Below are positions 18,622 to 27,735 of a DNA stretch of 63,146 nucleotides, piece after piece. A program made the position numbers and the translations under genes. The stretch is taken from assembly GCA_945865725.1 (NCBI GenBank), contig CAMBEO010000005.1, positions 1 through 63,146 on the forward strand. The letters run 5' to 3'. The DNA is from Thermoflexus hugenholtzii JAD2 (GTDB taxonomy: Bacteria; Chloroflexota; UBA11872; UBA12225). Every line of letters begins with the position of its first letter. Positions within the stretch are counted from its first letter, which is position 1. The notes below the pieces were generated by a model, which had not been told where the DNA came from, ran no database searches, and saw only the letters and a program-made list of their open reading frames with translations.

Positions 18622-18970
18622 ACGGGAGCGGAGGTGCGGGCACGGGAGCGGAGGTGCGGGCGGGGTGGTGCTTCCCTCTCCCGCCGCAGCGGGGGAGGGA
18701 CTGAGGGTGGGACTTGTTAGCGGTATATCAGGCGCATCATATACCGGCCTCTCCCGCCGCAGCGGGGGAGGGACTGAGGGTGGGGGCGTCTCCCCCTCTC
18801 CCGCCGCCTTCACTGGGAGCGTTCCCCTCCGCGTCCCGCCGGCCGTCATTCCCTCTCCCGCCGCAGCGTTGAGGCGCTTGCGGCAGATGGAGGGGGCAGC
18901 GCTTCCCCCTCCCGCCGCAGCGTTGAGGCGCTTGCGGCAGATGGAGGGGGTCGTCTCCTCGCCCCGGGCC
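18622..18970 (+). repeat. repeat array: 2 x 20-bp tandem, A, AT-rich palindrome island, A, degenerate unit, 2 x B-variant
   Basis: ACGGGAGCGGAGGTGCGGGC x2; A modules at 18664 and 18748; GGTATAT-N10-ATATACC at 18721-18744; CCCTCTCCCGCCGCAGCGTTGAGGCGCTTGCGGCAGATGGAGGGGG x2 (57-bp period). Confidence 0.9.
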
Positions 18971-18980
18971 ACGGGCGGCG

Positions 18981-20363
18981 CTACTCGGAAAGGCGTTGCG
19001 GTGCCAAGGACTCGAGCAACTCGACGGCGAGAGCCGCTTGCGGTGACTCGGGGGACAGGTCGATCACGCGCCCCAAGGAGACGCGGGCGGCGTCAGGCTG
19101 GTTGAACAGCACGGCGTACCGGCCCATGACGAGGCAGGCGTGCGGGGAGTCTCCGTCGATCGTGACGGCGGCGCGGGCGGCCGGCAGCCCGCGATGGGCG
19201 ACGCTAACTGCCTGGGCAGGATCGACGGACCGGATGACTTGCGACGAGTCGAGGAATGCCGTGGCAAGCTGCACGAGGGCGTGGATGCTCAGGGGTTCCG
19301 CCTCGACCCACTGGCGCGCGACCTGGACCAGGAGGTGCAGGATGGCGAGGGTGCGTGGCGCGTCCCGGGCCTCCCGCGCCTGTTCGGCCGCGTCGACGAG
19401 CCAACCGCAGCCGAACTGGAGGAAGCGGACGGCGGCCGCGGGGTTCCATACGACGCCGTCGGGCGGCGAACCGCCGGGCATGGGCGCGGGCGCCGTGGCG
19501 GCGACTAGGGTGATCCCTTGCAGGGCGGAGGTGGGCAGCCCGAGGCCGTCGCCATCAGTCGCGACGACCGGAAGCCAATCGGGCAGCGGCCACCCGTAGA
19601 GTTCCTCGGTGGCCTCGACCTCGGCGCGCGAGACCCAGGAAATGGGCGGGGTCGACATGCGCTCAGCGTCGGTTTCCGCGTCTTCCGCCTGATCCGTCTC
19701 GGCCATCGTTGCCGAAGCGTCCGCGCCGTCGGCGTCAGGGTTGCCCGCGGCGCTGGCGCGCACGATCGCGGCGAGGGCCTCGCACGCGAGCGCACGGCGA
19801 CGGTCGTCGGCCTCGCAGACGAGGATGCCGTCAAGGTTGACCCCCGGCGCGAGGTGGTCGAACAAGGCGCGCGCGAATGCGGCCGCCATGACGGGCGGCG
19901 GCTCGGTCGCGGTGCCCGGGCGCAGGCCCATCAGCGACATTGACAAGGCCCGTGCCTCCATGTCGAGGCCCATCGCGATGGCGTTGCGCACCGCGGCGTA
20001 CACGGTCTGGGGCGTCGCGGGGACGCGTCCCTCGAAGGAACCGCGGCGCGGGTAGAGGCTTGTGACGACGTGGATGACGGCTTGGCGGGCGTCGTCGTCC
20101 GCGAGGCCGTGGCCCCGCGCGGGCACGGCCGCACCGGGTGGGACCCCCTCGTCGGGCGTGGCTGCGATGACGGCGCGCAGGTCAGCGGCGTAGGCATCGC
20201 CCGCGCGGGTCATCACCTCGCTGGCGACGCTTCCCGGCTCCGGCTGCAACCAGTTGTTCGAGGCGACGACGATCGCCGGGGTCGGTGCGTCGAGCAGGCC
20301 AAGGGAGAGGACGGCGACGGTCGTGCCGCCAATCCGAAACACGGCGTCGGGTGCCATAGCCAT
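18981..20363 (-). CDS. macro-domain-like protein with acidic linker and an uncharacterised C-terminal domain
   Basis: The N-terminal ~210 aa resemble a macro domain: AIVVASNNWLQPEPGSVA fits N-x6-G-[GS]-V, and ALSMSLMGLRPG matches the second loop. The ATG at 20363 is preceded by GAAGGA. The C-terminal ~200 aa belong to no family I recognise. Confidence 0.55.
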   Translation of the reverse strand: MAMAPDAVFRIGGTTVAVLSLGLLDAPTPAIVVASNNWLQPEPGSVASEVMTRAGDAYAADLRAVIAATPDEGVPPGAAVPARGHGLADDDARQAVIHVVTSLYPRRGSFEGRVPATPQTVYAAVRNAIAMGLDMEARALSMSLMGLRPGTATEPPPVMAAAFARALFDHLAPGVNLDGILVCEADDRRRALACEALAAIVRASAAGNPDADGADASATMAETDQAEDAETDAERMSTPPISWVSRAEVEATEELYGWPLPDWLPVVATDGDGLGLPTSALQGITLVAATAPAPMPGGSPPDGVVWNPAAAVRFLQFGCGWLVDAAEQAREARDAPRTLAILHLLVQVARQWVEAEPLSIHALVQLATAFLDSSQVIRSVDPAQAVSVAHRGLPAARAAVTIDGDSPHACLVMGRYAVLFNQPDAARVSLGRVIDLSPESPQAALAVELLESLAPQRLSE

Positions 20364-20395
20364 CGGGGTTGATGTCCTTCGGGAGGTGCCGCGCC

Positions 20396-21454
20396 CTACC
20401 AGCGTTCGATGCCGCCCCACCGTGAGGGGAGGCGGTCCTCGGCCGCGGGAAACGGCGGGAACGGCTTGTGCGGGAGGGTCTGGTACCAGTAGGCGGTCGA
20501 GCACCAGTCGCCGGCCTTGTCGTTGGCGTGACCGTGCTCGATGCTGAAGAGGAGGCTGCTCGTGAACCGGATCGGGTCCTCCACGTGGAACCGGTATTGC
20601 GAGTGCTTGCCGGTGTAGTCGGCGTTCGTCTTGAAGTGGTAGCCGAAATACGGCGTGTCGAACGTCCGGTTCAAGTTGTTGTAGTTCCACGCGCCGCAGA
20701 AGTAGTCCTCGGTGCCGGTGCCGTGCAAGCGCGGTGGCCACGGTTCGCCATCGATGAAGAACATGTCATCGCCCTCGCCCCACCATCCAGGGGTCGGCAG
20801 GTCGACGTCGATGTGGCAGCCGACGTAGTGCCCGCGGCCTTCCGCCTCGAGGACGACGTAGTTGTGGCGCCCCGTGACGTTCAGGCGTTCAGGCTGCCCC
20901 GCCCGGCTGCCCCATCCGTCCGGTTCCTCCACGGCGGTCGAGATCTCGCGCCGCCACTGGCAGTGGAAGCGCCCCAGCTGGTCGGCGTCGTCGAGGCGGT
21001 CGTAGGCTTCGAAGTCGACGTAGTAGTAGTAGATGGCCGGTTCCTCGGACTCGTTCGTGACGGTGATGCGGGCGTTCGAGGCGAACGGCATCGGGAACCA
21101 GCAGTTGAGGGCGCGGTCGGTGAACTGCAAGGGAAGGCTGGTGAAGTAGCCGCGCTGGCTGTGCCCCAGGCCGAAGAAGTCGCCGACTGGCGCCTCGACG
21201 CTAGGCGTCTCGCTGCCGTCCCAGTACATGCGGAGGACGAGCTTCCGGAAGTGAAAGGGGTCCTTGCAGGAGATGGTCGTCCAGATGTGGGTGATGCACC
21301 CGGCGCCCTCGTGTTCCATGAGGGTGGCGGTGGCGCCTGGGGCGATGTGCAGGCGGTCGTCGTTGCCGCCGGTCCGGTCCCAACTGGAGGCGCGCATCGA
21401 CCGCGCGTCACTCAGGCGCGCCAGGTCGCGCAGGGACGACGATCCCATCTTCAT
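20396..21454 (-). CDS. DUF2961 / glycoside hydrolase family 172-like protein
   Basis: RASSWDRTGGNDD, GAGCITHIWTT and GTGTEDYFCGAWNY are typical DUF2961 motifs. ATG start with GAAAGGA upstream. Confidence 0.8.
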   Translation of the reverse strand: MKMGSSSLRDLARLSDARSMRASSWDRTGGNDDRLHIAPGATATLMEHEGAGCITHIWTTISCKDPFHFRKLVLRMYWDGSETPSVEAPVGDFFGLGHSQRGYFTSLPLQFTDRALNCWFPMPFASNARITVTNESEEPAIYYYYVDFEAYDRLDDADQLGRFHCQWRREISTAVEEPDGWGSRAGQPERLNVTGRHNYVVLEAEGRGHYVGCHIDVDLPTPGWWGEGDDMFFIDGEPWPPRLHGTGTEDYFCGAWNYNNLNRTFDTPYFGYHFKTNADYTGKHSQYRFHVEDPIRFTSSLLFSIEHGHANDKAGDWCSTAYWYQTLPHKPFPPFPAAEDRLPSRWGGIERW

Positions 21455-21508
21455 GGTGGCGGTCCTTTCGTGGTGGCCGGGGCGGCGGTCCCGGGCGCGG
21501 AGAGGACG

Positions 21509-21605
21509 ACCCCCTCCCCCAATGCCACTCGTCCGCTTCGCGGGAGACGGGAGACAGGTCCGCGGGCATCCCTGCCGGCCGGGGTGGGGTCCGGGTCTCC
21601 CTCGA
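21509..21605 (+). repeat. hairpin-repeat mosaic (E-like + D module)
   Basis: CCCCTCCCCCAATGCC...CGCTTCGCGGGAGACGGGAG, then CAGGTCCGCGGGCATCCCTGCCGGCCGGGGTGGGG. Confidence 0.75.
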
Positions 21606-21685
21606 GGACGACGACAGTCCGAACGGTCAGCCCCTCGTTCGTCCCGCGCCTCGGCGGGTCCCCAGTCTACCGGCCGCCCCGCACC

Positions 21686-22690
21686 TCATCGGCCGCGCGC
21701 GTCGCGCGCGTGCCACGACGCGTAGAGGGTCGCGATCACGTCGTCGATCGGCGGGCGATGCGTCTCGACGTCGAGGATCGTCGCTTGTGCCTCGGCCTGG
21801 GCGAGGAGTGACGGCAGCGTCGTCGCGCCGGCGTCGTAGGCGTACTCGTGGGCGCCGTCGCGAGTCTCGAGGAAGGCCGCATCTTGGAGGACCGGCGCAG
21901 GACCGGACGTGACGAGGCGCAGCCGGCGCTGCAGGCCGACCGTCGCCCGCAGGCGGTCGAACTGCCCGTCGAACGCGACCTGCCCCTGGTGGACCATGAC
22001 GATGCGTCCGGCAAGGGCCTCGAGGTCGGAGAGATCGTGGCTCGTGACCACGATCGTGACGCGCCGAACGCGATTGATCTCGCGGCAGAAGTCGAGGACG
22101 TCGCGCTTGGCAAGGACGTCGAGACCGACGGTCGGCTCGTCGAGGATGACGAGGTCGGGTTCCGGCAGGAGGGCGAGGGCTAGGTCGGCGCGCATCTTCT
22201 GGCCGAGGCTGAGTTCGCGCGCGGGCACGCGCCAGATGTCGCGCAGGCCCAGCATCTCCGTGAGGGCGCCGAGGCTACGGTCGTACTGGAGTCGAGGGAG
22301 GTTCCATACGACTCGTTTCCAGTCGAAACTGGACGCGACGGGATGGTCCCACCACAACTCGGTGCGCTGCCCGAAGCAAACGCCGATGCGCGAGACGTAG
22401 CGCAGGCGGTCGCGAATGGGGTCGCACCCGAGGGCGACGACGGTGCCCGTATCTGGCGCGAGGAGGCCCGACAGCAACTTGACGGTGGTGCTCTTGCCGG
22501 CGCCGTTCGGCCCGGCGACGGCGACGATCTCGCCGCGGGCGATGGACAGGTTGATGCCGCGCAGGGCCTCGACGACGCGGATGCGGGGGCGGACGAGGCG
22601 GGCGAGGACCTCGCGCGGGGACGTCCCCCGCTCCCGCAGGCGATAGGTCTTCCAGACGTCGCGCAGGACGACCGCCGGCTCGTCGCTCAT
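21686..22690 (-). CDS. ABC transporter ATP-binding protein (ABC-2 / COG4586-like)
   Basis: Walker A GPNGAGKSTT, signature LSLGQKMR, Walker B LVILDEPTVGLD. The ATG at 22690 overlaps the upstream permease stop by 4 nt. Confidence 0.85.
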   Translation of the reverse strand: MSDEPAVVLRDVWKTYRLRERGTSPREVLARLVRPRIRVVEALRGINLSIARGEIVAVAGPNGAGKSTTVKLLSGLLAPDTGTVVALGCDPIRDRLRYVSRIGVCFGQRTELWWDHPVASSFDWKRVVWNLPRLQYDRSLGALTEMLGLRDIWRVPARELSLGQKMRADLALALLPEPDLVILDEPTVGLDVLAKRDVLDFCREINRVRRVTIVVTSHDLSDLEALAGRIVMVHQGQVAFDGQFDRLRATVGLQRRLRLVTSGPAPVLQDAAFLETRDGAHEYAYDAGATTLPSLLAQAEAQATILDVETHRPPIDDVIATLYASWHARDARGR

Positions 22691-23538
22691 CGACGGTGGC
22701 CGAAGTCGGTGTAGCGGGACGACCCGACCTTTCGGTACTGGCGGAGGCCCGCGCGGAAGGCGACGGCGCCGACGATGGCGAGTCCCGCCGCCGCGGCCGG
22801 CGTCGCCCACGTGGGGGTCATCGCGCCACCGATCCCGAGGAGTGCGCGGGCGGGCAACCACGCGACGAGACCAGCGGGCACGACTGCGACGAGACCAGCG
22901 GCGAGGGGTCCGCCGAGACCGTCAAGGGGGAACACGCCGAGGGAGGTGAGCGCCTCGTGGACGTTCGTGGCGACCTCCTCGGCGGCGACCGGTGCCCAGA
23001 AGGCCAGCGACGACCACGCGAACATCGCGCCGAGGATGGCGACCACGGAAGCACCGAGGTTTGCGAGGAAGAGTCCCCACCACACGGGATCGGGCATGAC
23101 TGGCAAGTGCGCGATCGACCACGACAGGATCACGATGCCTGCCAGCACTGCGGCGCCGCCGCTTAGGGGGGCGAACCCCTCGGAGACGAGGGACAGCCAC
23201 AAGGGCTGGGGTTGCACGAGGAGGTGGTCCAACTGCCCGCGACCGATCCGGCGGCTGACGTGACTGACGTTGTACGTGAACGCGACCGAAAGGATTCCCT
23301 CGACAAGGGTCGCGTAGCCCAGGAGGAAGGTGACCTGTGCAACCGACCACGCGCCGATGCCCGAGAGGCGTTCGGCCAGGAGGAAGGTGGCGGCGCCGGC
23401 GGCGGGAGTGAGGATGGCGTCGAGGGTGAGGTAGTAGGCGGCGAGGCCGGGGCTTCGCAGCACGAACGCGAGGTCCATGCGGAAGCCGAGGGCGTACCGC
23501 GCGGGGACGCGAGCGACGTACCACCACGTCGAGCGCAC
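22687..23538 (-). CDS. ABC-2 family transporter permease
   Basis: Polytopic hydrophobic protein directly upstream of, and overlapping, the ATPase gene. GTG at 23538 (VRSTWWYVARV), 8 nt after the preceding permease stop. Confidence 0.7.
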   Translation of the reverse strand: MRSTWWYVARVPARYALGFRMDLAFVLRSPGLAAYYLTLDAILTPAAGAATFLLAERLSGIGAWSVAQVTFLLGYATLVEGILSVAFTYNVSHVSRRIGRGQLDHLLVQPQPLWLSLVSEGFAPLSGGAAVLAGIVILSWSIAHLPVMPDPVWWGLFLANLGASVVAILGAMFAWSSLAFWAPVAAEEVATNVHEALTSLGVFPLDGLGGPLAAGLVAVVPAGLVAWLPARALLGIGGAMTPTWATPAAAAGLAIVGAVAFRAGLRQYRKVGSSRYTDFGHRR

Positions 23539-23545
23539 ACGGGGT

Positions 23546-24349
23546 TCACCCACCGTAGCCCACCAGTCGCTCGCGCTGGGTGCCCCACGCGGCGAGGGCG
23601 GCCACCCATCCGACGGTGGCCCATGCGACCTGACCCGCGACAAGGTGTACAGGGTCGCCGTCGCCGGTCCAGATGCGCAGGGGGGCCGAGGCCATCGAGG
23701 CCAGCGGAAACCATGGCAACCAGTCGGCAAGACCCCAGGGCATGTACGCCAAGGGGACGATGGCGCCGGACAGGACCGTGCCGAAGGCGACGCGCAATCG
23801 CCGCATGTCCCACAGGCTCCACCCGGTACGAGCCATGAGGGAGACGAGCAGCAGGTCGAGGGCGAAGCCGATGGCGATGGCGAGGCCGAGGCTCGGGATG
23901 AAGGCGAGGCCGGAACCGAGCGACGCGGGGCGGGGGTCGACGCCGGCGAGGGGGGCGAGGAGGAGGACGGGCAACGTGTAACCGAGGAGGGAAGGAAACC
24001 ACCGGCCGATGGTGTTGGCGACGGCGAGGCCGAAGACGCGGACCGGCGCCACGAACCATGTGGCGATGCGCCCGTCCCGGATCGCGTCGCCGATGTCCGT
24101 CATGGCGTCCAGCTGCATCGCGAATGCGCCGGCGATGAGGGTGTAGGTCAGGACGCGCGAGAGTTCGGCGTGGTCGGCGGGCGAGTCGCCGTCGAGGGTT
24201 CCGCGCCAGATGGTGAGGAGGACGAGGAGGCGAACGAGGCGGATGACGTACCGCACGACGGAATAGAGGCCGTCGCCGGCGGCGCCGGTCGCGGCAAGCC
24301 AGGCGCTTGCCCGGTAGCGGGCTAGCGGGATGGCGCGAAGGTCCAGCAT
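23546..24349 (-). CDS. ABC-2 family transporter permease
   Basis: Polytopic hydrophobic protein and first gene of the permease-permease-ATPase unit. ATG at 24349 (MLDLRAIPLARY). Confidence 0.7.
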   Translation of the reverse strand: MLDLRAIPLARYRASAWLAATGAAGDGLYSVVRYVIRLVRLLVLLTIWRGTLDGDSPADHAELSRVLTYTLIAGAFAMQLDAMTDIGDAIRDGRIATWFVAPVRVFGLAVANTIGRWFPSLLGYTLPVLLLAPLAGVDPRPASLGSGLAFIPSLGLAIAIGFALDLLLVSLMARTGWSLWDMRRLRVAFGTVLSGAIVPLAYMPWGLADWLPWFPLASMASAPLRIWTGDGDPVHLVAGQVAWATVGWVAALAAWGTQRERLVGYGG

Positions 24350-24399
24350 CGGCCCGAAGGGTACTGGCCTCGCGAGCGCTACCGGGATGCGACGGACGG

Positions 24400-24510
24400 C
24401 CCCCACCCTCAGTCCCTCCCCCGCTGCGGCGGGAGAGGGAAGCACCGCCCCCTCCCCCGTTGGTCCGCGGGCATCCCTGCCCGCCGGGGCAGTGGGGAGA
24501 GGGAAGCACC
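24400..24510. repeat. hairpin-repeat mosaic (A module reverse + D module forward)
   Basis: CCCCCACCCTCAGTCCCTCCCCCGCTGCGGCGGGAGAGGGAAGCACC, then CCTCCCCCGTTGGTCCGCGGGCATCCCTGCCCGCCGGGGCAGTGGGGAGAGGGAAGCACC. Confidence 0.9.
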
Positions 24511-24541
24511 GGCCCGATCCGCGTCGGGCGGCCCGGTCGAC

Positions 24542-25687
24542 CTAACTGCGGGCGAACAGGCGCCGACGTTGGGCGCGTGGCTCGACGTACATGCGCTCGA
24601 GGTTCGCGGAGGTCACGGCGGCGACGTTGTGGGTGCCGGGGTGGCGCAAGAGGGCCGCCTCGTCGATCTCCACGCCGAGGCCCGGGCGGCGGGGCACGTC
24701 GATGTAGCCGTTCACGACCGGCAGTTCCGTGCAGATCTCGTACCGCCACGGGACGTCGTCGGCGCGATGCTCGAGGATGATGAAGTTGGGGATGCTGGCC
24801 ATCACGTGGACGGCGGCGGCCTCGCACAGTGGACCGTTCGACCCGTCGTGGGGCGCCATCATGATGTGGTGCGCCTCGGCTTGCGCCGAGATCTTCTTCA
24901 TCTGGGAGATGCCGCCAACCCGCCCCATGTCGGGCTGAAGGACGTCGACGATCTCGCGCTCCACGAGTTCGCGGCACCCGTAGATCGTGCTCGACCGCTC
25001 ACCCGCCGCGACCGGCAGGGACAGCGCATCGGCGACCTTCTTGAGGGAGTCCATGTTCTCGGGCGGGACCGGGTCCTCGTAGAAGAGGAGGTCGAACTCC
25101 TCAAGGGCCTGCCCGACGCGGACGGCGTCGGGGACGGTCAACCACGGCGGCCCATGGACGTCGATGCAGAGGTCGACGTCGTCGGGCAGGGCGTCCCGCA
25201 AGCGCGAGATCGTCCTGACCGGATTACGGAGGCCGCCCGCCTTGAGGCAGGTGTAGCCCTGCGCGACGTACCGGAGGGCCGCTTCCGGCTCGCTGGCGTG
25301 CGCGTACGTGCGGACCCGTTCCCGGCACATGCCGCCGAGGAGGTCGACGACCGGCACGCCCAGTCGCTTGCCGAGGATATCCCAGAGGGCGACCTCGATG
25401 CCGGTCATCGCACCGGCACCGACGACGCCGGTCATGCCATGGCCCATCATGGCCAGGAGCATCTTCTGCCAGATCAGCTCGATCCGGCCTGGGTCAAGGC
25501 CGACGAGGACGGACTTGAGGTCCTGGACGGCGGTCTCGATGACCCGGGGCCAGCCGGAGGCCTCGCCCCACCCGACGATGCCCTCGTCGGTCTCGACCTT
25601 GACGAAGAGCCAATTGCGCCCGCCGCCGCCCCAGCCACCCGCTGGTGTCGCATCGACGAGAAAGGTCTTGATGTCAGTGATCTTCAC
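24542..25687 (-). CDS. enolase-superfamily (mandelate racemase/muconate lactonizing enzyme family) sugar-acid dehydratase, galactonate dehydratase-like
   Basis: N-terminus KITDIKTFLV...NWLFVKVETDEGIVGWGE, with metal-ligand regions DVHG / FYEDP / QPD. GTG start at 25687. Confidence 0.82.
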   Translation of the reverse strand: MKITDIKTFLVDATPAGGWGGGGRNWLFVKVETDEGIVGWGEASGWPRVIETAVQDLKSVLVGLDPGRIELIWQKMLLAMMGHGMTGVVGAGAMTGIEVALWDILGKRLGVPVVDLLGGMCRERVRTYAHASEPEAALRYVAQGYTCLKAGGLRNPVRTISRLRDALPDDVDLCIDVHGPPWLTVPDAVRVGQALEEFDLLFYEDPVPPENMDSLKKVADALSLPVAAGERSSTIYGCRELVEREIVDVLQPDMGRVGGISQMKKISAQAEAHHIMMAPHDGSNGPLCEAAAVHVMASIPNFIILEHRADDVPWRYEICTELPVVNGYIDVPRRPGLGVEIDEAALLRHPGTHNVAAVTSANLERMYVEPRAQRRRLFARS

Positions 25688-25736
25688 GGGTTGGCGATTC
25701 CTTCAGTGGGGCGTTCATGCCCGGCGCGGCGGACGG

Positions 25737-26327
25737 TCAGCGCCGGTCGGGGAGGGGGAGGGTAGCGCGCGCCCAACGCAAGGCGCGTGCATGCCAGGCC
25801 AGGTCGGCGATCATCGTGTCGACGCGACCGTTGAACTCGGGGCGCGCGAGTGACCCGTCCTCCGCGAACAGGTTGCGCGCATCGCCGAAGTGGACGGACT
25901 CGCGGATGGGAAGGGCGCGCATCTCGATCAGGACGGCCTTGAGCGCCTCGGTCGCGCGGATTCCGCCGTGCCCGGCGCCCGAGAGGCCGCACGCTGCCAC
26001 CGGCTTCCGGCGCAACTCGTCGCCGACGTGGTCGATGGCGTTCTTGATGGCGCCGGTGTAGGCGTGGTTGTACTCCGGGCTGAGCCAGACGGAGGCGTCG
26101 GACCGGGCGAGGGCGGCGCGAAAGGCGACGACCCCGGGATGCGAGTCTTGCTCGTCCGCACCGGTGAAGATCGGCAGATCGAGTTCGCGCAAGTCGAGGA
26201 TCGGGGCTTCGTGGCCCGCGGCCTCGAGGCGGTCATGGAGGACCCGGGCCGCGTGATGGCTGCGGCGAGCGTCGCGCACGCTGCCGAGGATGACGGGCAC
26301 GACGAGGGGGACGTCATTTTCAGGCAT
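25737..26327 (-). CDS. NADPH-dependent FMN reductase family protein
   Basis: VVPVILGSVRDARRS and SPEYNHAYTGAIKNAIDH are typical of the FMN_red family. Confidence 0.8.
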   Translation of the reverse strand: MPENDVPLVVPVILGSVRDARRSHHAARVLHDRLEAAGHEAPILDLRELDLPIFTGADEQDSHPGVVAFRAALARSDASVWLSPEYNHAYTGAIKNAIDHVGDELRRKPVAACGLSGAGHGGIRATEALKAVLIEMRALPIRESVHFGDARNLFAEDGSLARPEFNGRVDTMIADLAWHARALRWARATLPLPDRR

Positions 26328-26396
26328 CGGGATCGTGGCTTCCTTCGCTTTGAGGTGGTCATGGAGGACCCGGCAAGAGCGGGTGGCGGCGAGTGG

Positions 26397-27485
26397 CTAG
26401 CCGCCGAACGAGACTCCGAGGCTACGGGCCGCGCGGACCAGCTCGCCGTCGGGGTCGACAAGCTTCGGCTTCGCGATCGCATCGACGATGGCGCAATCAA
26501 TGATGTCGGCGCCGCGCAAGGCGACCATGCGCCCCTTGGCACCGCTGGCGACGAGATGTGCGGCGGCGCACCCGAACCGCGTGGCGAGGACACGGTCGAA
26601 CGGGCTTGGCGAACCGCCCCGCTGCACGTGCCCGAGGACGGTGGCACGCGTGTCGGCGCCGCATGCCTCGGCGATGTCTTCCGCAACCTGGTTGCCGATG
26701 CCCCCGAGGCGCCGAGCGGCCGAGTGGGTGCTGGCCGGGCGGTCGAGGTACATCGCCCCGGCCCCGGCCTCGGCCGCGCCCTCGGCGACGACGACGATCG
26801 ACGACTTCTGGCCGCTGCGGGCGCGCTTCACCAGGGAGGTGACGACGACGTCGATGGCGTACGGGATCTCGGGGATCAGGATGACGTCCGCGCCCCCCGC
26901 GATGCCGGCGTGCAGGGCGATCCACCCGGCGTCACGCCCCATGACCTCGACGATCATGACGCGGTGATGGCTGTCCGCCGTGGAGTGGAGGCGGTCGATC
27001 GCCTCGGTGGCGACCTGCACGGCCGAGTCGAAGCCGAACGTGACGTCGGTAATGAGAAGGTCGTTGTCGATCGTCTTCGGCACGCCGACGAAGTTGACGC
27101 CCAGGTCCTGGAGTTGCGCCGCGATCTTCATGCTGCCGTCGCCACCGATGGTCACGACGGTGTCGATGTCGAGGTCGTTCAGGCGCCGGATGATCTCCTC
27201 GGAGCGGTCGACGGTACCCCCGCCCTCACGGGGCATCGCGAAGGGGCTGCCGCGGTTGCTCGTGCCCAGGATGGTGCCGCCCTCGGGGAGGATGCCGCGG
27301 ACGGTCGCCTCGGTCAGGGGACGCACCCGCGCGCCGCCCCGGCCGAGGAGGCCGTCGTACCCGGTCTCGATACCGAAGACCTCGATGCCGTAGTCACGGA
27401 TGAGGGTCGTCGCGACCGCCCGGATGACGGCATTCAGCCCCGGACAGTCCCCACCGCCGGTCGAGACGGCGATTCGCCGCGCCAT
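26397..27485 (-). CDS. pfkA: 6-phosphofructokinase
   Basis: MARRIAVSTGGGDCPGLNAVIRAV, GIPKTIDND-like VGVPKTIDND, VMGRDAGWIAL. ATG at 27485; the longer ORF runs into a repeat array. Confidence 0.9.
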   Translation of the reverse strand: MARRIAVSTGGGDCPGLNAVIRAVATTLIRDYGIEVFGIETGYDGLLGRGGARVRPLTEATVRGILPEGGTILGTSNRGSPFAMPREGGGTVDRSEEIIRRLNDLDIDTVVTIGGDGSMKIAAQLQDLGVNFVGVPKTIDNDLLITDVTFGFDSAVQVATEAIDRLHSTADSHHRVMIVEVMGRDAGWIALHAGIAGGADVILIPEIPYAIDVVVTSLVKRARSGQKSSIVVVAEGAAEAGAGAMYLDRPASTHSAARRLGGIGNQVAEDIAEACGADTRATVLGHVQRGGSPSPFDRVLATRFGCAAAHLVASGAKGRMVALRGADIIDCAIVDAIAKPKLVDPDGELVRAARSLGVSFGG

Positions 27486-27520
27486 ACGTGCCTGCTCCCG
27501 TGCTGCCCCGGCAATCGCGT

Positions 27521-27709
27521 CTCCCCCTCTCCTCCCGGGAGAGGGGGCAAGCGGTGAGGGTCGTGCCTCCCTCTCCCGTTGGTCCGCGGGCATCCTTGCC
27601 CGCCCCGGGGTGAGGGAGGGGTGGTGCTTCCCTCTCCCGCCGCAGCGCGGGGCGCTTGCGGCCAATGAAGGCGGATAACGATGGAGGGGGCCGTCTCCTC
27701 GCCCCGGGC
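27521..27709 (+). repeat. hairpin-repeat mosaic (9-bp-stem hairpin, D, B, tail)
   Basis: CCCCCTCTC-CTCCCGG-GAGAGGGGG; D at 27567-27620; B at 27621-27690, ending GGCGGATAACGATGGAGGGGG; tail CCGTCTCCTCGCCCCGGGC. Confidence 0.9.
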
Positions 27710-27735
27710 TGGTGGCGGCGCTTAGAATACCGGCG

